Origin: Vitrella brassicaformis CCMP3155
Lineage: Eukaryota; Protista; Chromerida
Reading direction: 5' to 3'
Assembly: GCA_001179505.1 (NCBI GenBank)
Contig: CDMY01000252.1
Coordinates: forward strand, 1-64,000
Length of the DNA: 64,000 nt
Shown: positions 59,812 to 64,000 of the stretch, in pieces
Layout of the letters: each line of letters opens with the position of its first letter
Numbering within the stretch: the first letter of the stretch is position 1
Translations under genes and position numbers: made by a program
Notes under the pieces: model-generated
The model's database searches: none
What the model was told of the DNA's origin: nothing
The model's input: only the letters and a program-made list of their open reading frames with translations

Positions 59812-62054
59812 TCACAGCAGGTCCCAGAAGTAGTCGTGTCCCTGCCCAAGCTCCCATATCGACACACCCACACCCACGCGACGCGCCAATTCCAGCCGCT
59901 CCTCCAAGAACTGCACACATACATTCAAACACACAGATGCAGCACCCACCATGCAGCCCAAGGCGTGTTGTCCATAGCGTGTTTGGCAGGTCACCCACCT
60001 TCAGTGTGGGAAAGTAGATGCGCACAGTGCCGTCAGACACCTGCAATGAATGCAATACACCAGGAGAGCCATTAAGGCGATTGATTGTGTTTGTTGTCTC
60101 TGTCAGTGGAGTGGCTGGTCTGACCTGGACGTCGGCATGGTGTTCCTTCGCCTGGTCGTCCCAGTGCAGCGTGGCCGGGGCTGACTTGAGCAAAGTCACG
60201 ATCTCCTGCCCCAAGATGGACGACGCAACTGCACCGAACCGACACACACAGAAGTGCATCGATCTCATGTGTGTTTGGGCGAGTGTGTATGCATACCTGC
60301 TTTTCGGCTCTCTGAAAGATCCCAGGTCCGACCGTAGAACGGCAGGCCCTTCAAGCCCAACACATACACACACACACACCCCACAGGACAGACAGCATAA
60401 ACGAGTAGATGATCGTGCCCCGCTGTCTAGGGTGGTCACCATGAGCAGCTGTGATGCTGCATTGGGTGGAGTAGAGGGGTCCTTCGGCGTCAGCAAGCCA
60501 CTCACAATGCGCTCCAGCCACTGCAGTGACCACACACAGAACCACGATCGACCGATGCATTGAGTCGCACATAACATACATGTGGGTGAAGGCTCACACC
60601 TGGATTGGAGCACTCGGTCCCGGCCTGATGTCGGCACACACACACAGAGAGAGATATGGTCGCTCTGTTGCGTATCGGCGCGGATGCAGTGAGTGGCGGT
60701 CTAATCTAACTTACGTTCGTCCGAGTGTGTGGTCGTATGTCATGAGGACGAAGCGGTGGATGGACGAGGAAAGGTCCCGCATGTCATCGAACGTGAAGGG
60801 CACACGCAGGTCGACGTCATCCAGCCGATTGAAGGGCTGCACCAGGGGAGAGAGAGAGATGACAAGAGGGAGGCAAGCAAGGATGGGCAGAGAGTCCAGT
60901 CTGCTCACTGCACCTACTTACCGGTAGAACGAACATTGCGATGAGCCCCTGGTGCTGCAGACCCTCACCCACACTCTGCAAGCACAACACAACACGACAA
61001 ATGTGCTCTGCGGCGTGGTCTGTCTGTCGAGGATTCATTAGCTGCTGTGTACCTTCAGCCACGATTTGGCCGTCTGTTTGACGCCCTCTACCATGAGGAT
61101 GATGCCCTCGATCACCACACCGTGAAAGCCCCGATCACTGAACACACACACATCCACACGCACGAGGGAAGAGGTGCTGTGTGTGGGATGTTCCCCGGCC
61201 CCCCTCACTGACTGACCTGCACAGCTGTGACACAAAGTCTACGAACACCTGTGGCTGCGTCAGGAATGATTCCAGCTTGCTGCTGTTGCGAAAGTCCTCC
61301 ACCGCTGCACACACACACACAGGGGAGGGATGTGAGTGCATACGCGATCAATGTGCAGTGGCCGTGTCTTTTGTCTGCGTACGTACCGATTCGTGGCACT
61401 ACCAATGTGCGAGTGTTGCTGTCGGTTGGCTCGCTGATGACCTCCACCCAATCGCTGTCTATCACGTCAAGACCCGCAAACTGCACACACAACGACCGAA
61501 ACACAGCAACACCCACCATGATGCAAGTACGTACGCTACTGCGACAGACGGACAGACAGACAGACCTGGAAGTCGCCTGACACCTGCTGTCCCTCCCCTG
61601 TCCCCTCCCCCCTCTCAATCACACGCAGCCAGACAGGCGACACATACGTCAGCTTCCTACACACACCAAACAGACAGACCGGTACGCAGAGGGCATTCTC
61701 TGCTCTGAGCAGTGAGTACACCCATTTGGCCGACCTGCGAAAGTAGTAGCTGGTCTTGAAGCCGCCTTCGTTCCAGGGCGTGACAAAGCCAAGCACCTCA
61801 TTGGCAAAGTTGACCCTCGACGCATTGCAGAAGAGCTTGTGCTGCGCGATGACGTCCTCCGCGCTGATGCCGCTCTTGATCAAGCCCAGCTCGGCAGCAC
61901 ACTTCTCTCTCACCCGCTTCTTGCCTGCAGCCGAGGGCGAAATGCACAGCCCCACGACGATAAGCAACAGATATAGTGAGAGGACGGCAGACGGCCGACG
62001 CTGCCGCGATGCTGCTGGTGCTGAAAATGAAGAGTGCGTCGGCATCCCCTTCAT
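59812..62054 (-). CDS. CHID1: Chitinase domain-containing protein 1 (GH18-like)
   Basis: Signal/TM N-terminus; [51 protein letters not shown] match the CHID1 termini. Confidence 0.88.
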
Positions 62055-63219
62055 GGCCGCCGGGCCTCTGCATAGATCTGCGGATGGGCAGCGAGCAATT
62101 GAAGCATATGATCAATGGAACGCCCTGGGGCTGTGCAGGGCCGTCTGTCGTGCTGGAAACAGTCCTCTTCTCTGCGCAGCAGATTCGACGCCCTAAGCTC
62201 GCAACCGAAGGAGGAGCCGAAGGAGGAAGAGGGGCTGCAGAGGTACACACGACGATAAGCAGACTCACAGATCGCCATTGATAACTGATTGATTCATTAT
62301 TCGATGCATCTCCTACGTGGTGCATTCCAAAGCACCGCCTGTCTGACGTCTGACACGCCATGGGAGGTCAGCAGCACAGCACAGCACGTGCACATCCACG
62401 GTGCAACCAATGCTTGCTGTTGCTGTGTGTGTCTGTCTTCTGGTCAGGAAAACTGTAGGGTGCTCGAGTCGCTCCGCCTCCATCCCCCCGTGGCTGCCTG
62501 TGCATTCCTCTCGATGCCATCGTTGCCACTCGCGAGCTCAGCGACATCTCTGCAACGGCACACTCACAAAGGAGCGGGCGCAAGAGCTGAGGTCGAATCG
62601 CCATGTGACAGCCCATCCCCGTTCCACCGGACGGCTGACAGAGATAGCATCAATCGGATAGCCAACGACTGCCTCCCTGCGGCCTGTTGAAACATGACCA
62701 TCGAGGGGCTGTCAGTGTCGAGGGGCGAGGAGGAGCGACTCCATAGTGCCAATCGAGACCGATCTTTCTGCTGCGCTTGGTTTGAGGTGCTGAGTGTGTG
62801 TCATTTACGAGTCTGTCACTTCGGTTATGAGCTTTTTAGTTGGTCCCTGCACACTGAGCTCGTGAGTGAGACGCGATGTGCGTGCTGCGACATCCTTGCA
62901 TCTGTTTAATCGTCCTTGAGGGATCGTGTTGAGTGTCTGCAGTGAGGTGTGGGCACTCGACACACAAACACAACACGTACGTAGACGCCACCATTCTGCT
63001 GACCACGACAGCGAAGAACAGGCACACACACACACACACACACAAACAAACACGCACATTCCGCACAGGAAGGAAAGCCTTGTCGATACGCGGCACATCA
63101 CACGTATGGCTTTTGTGTGTGCGTGTGTGGTGCCGCCATGCATCAATGCAGTGCATGTGGTGGTCTGTGTGGTGGTCTCTTGGTTACGTGTCAGTGACTT
63201 GAACCCAAATAAGCATGAG

Positions 63220-63287
63220 TGCACAGTTGTTGAATGGACACTCCTATCTGCTAACCTTTCCCCCCATGGCGATTCAACAACTGTGCA
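63220..63287. repeat. Perfect 16-bp inverted repeat with 36-nt spacer
   Basis: tgcacagttgttgaat (63220-63235) and attcaacaactgtgca (63272-63287). Confidence 0.95.
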
Positions 63288-63622
63288 GAATAGGAAGTGC
63301 CTAAGGAAAAACTTACTCACGGCGAACTGACATAAAATCACGTCAGAACAGCACAGCCAGCTACTTTCACACATGCCATGAAGCTACTCTGTTTCTGGAA
63401 GGTAAGCATCGATCAGTATAGTACATGCAGACGGCAGGAGGGACACGCAACACACAACACACAACACGCTGGCTATCCACACAATGCTATCCACATACAC
63501 ACGAACGAGGGACACACCTACGTTCATGCACAGCGCTCATTCGCTCTCCGTCTACACGCTCCAAATGGCACAGTGATTCGCTCTACTCAAGCAGCCAAGA
63601 GCTCAGACAGACTCGTCAATCG

Positions 63623-63940
63623 TCAGGAGGATCTCGTATCATCCTCTGGCTTGACGGCGCACTCTAGCCCAGCAAATGTCGAGGGCCGCGTCGATGGCTC
63701 TCGGTCCGGCTCGCTGACCGCCAGAGACATCGCAGTCACTGTGGCTGTGAGGGGCGGGAGTGCCGTGTGCATCGTCGCGGCAGACGGGATGGTGACCGAG
63801 GGGGGCTGTGCGGGCGACACTGCCGTGCTGACGCGAACAGCGGGCATGCGGAGGTGCCTCTGTCTCTCGGCCTCTTCCACACTGCACCAGATGATGCAGC
63901 AGCCGAGAAAAAGGAGGGCGGGCAAACCCACTAAGAAGGA
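63623..63940 (-). CDS. Exon of a hypothetical membrane-anchored protein; gene starts beyond the window
   Basis: Hydrophobic FLVGLPALLFLGCCIIW followed by a Pro/Thr-rich stretch; acceptor-like gtgcag immediately upstream. Confidence 0.35.
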   Translation of the reverse strand, partial: SFLVGLPALLFLGCCIIWCSVEEAERQRHLRMPAVRVSTAVSPAQPPSVTIPSAATMHTALPPLTATVTAMSLAVSEPDREPSTRPSTFAGLECAVKPEDDTRSS

Positions 63941-64000
63941 CACTGCACGCACACGGCGCAGTGCCAGATGCACTCACTCTCACAGGTCGTGTCGCGTGCT

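Noticed and set aside
62110-62900. Possible plus-strand gene (MERPGAVQGR...EEPKEEEGLQR)
   Set aside because: The second exon hits stops in the required frame; no domain evidence

Overview
Eukaryotic genomic DNA with GC-rich exons and many ~70-120 nt spliceosomal introns full of CA/GT/GGAT microsatellites. The style and an ASAF-type bipartite plastid leader point to a chromerid alveolate, most likely Vitrella brassicaformis (inference, not verified). I can support about 20 intron-containing genes or gene remnants: COQ10-like START protein, GT8 glycosyltransferase, CBM20 protein, bacterial-type subtilase, ArsB/NhaD transporter, an uncharacterised secreted propeller-like protein, aldo-keto reductase, SAP-TMEM41/DedA fusion, DCAF4-like WD40, LRR protein, Apple-domain membrane protein, GH5 endoglycoceramidase-like enzyme, two SDR paralogues, a Myb protein, two J-domain copies, a cyanobacterial-type Ser/Thr kinase, a HAD-like protein and CHID1. 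There are four 300-N placeholder gaps. The most striking item is a ~4.8 kb insertion (41962-46777) that splits exon 2 of an SDR gene. It is bounded by an 8-bp direct repeat (GGATGTGT), has no terminal inverted repeats, and carries its own multi-exon gene with a tyrosine-recombinase-like HxLRH...LG...Y motif, so it is a candidate Crypton-like mobile element. Other highlights: a TRAP/MIC-like adhesin architecture, a SAP-domain scramblase-family fusion, and a small gene whose two coding frames are joined only by a +1 shift at UGC-UGA. Exon boundaries were read by eye and all family calls come from motif recognition, not database searches.
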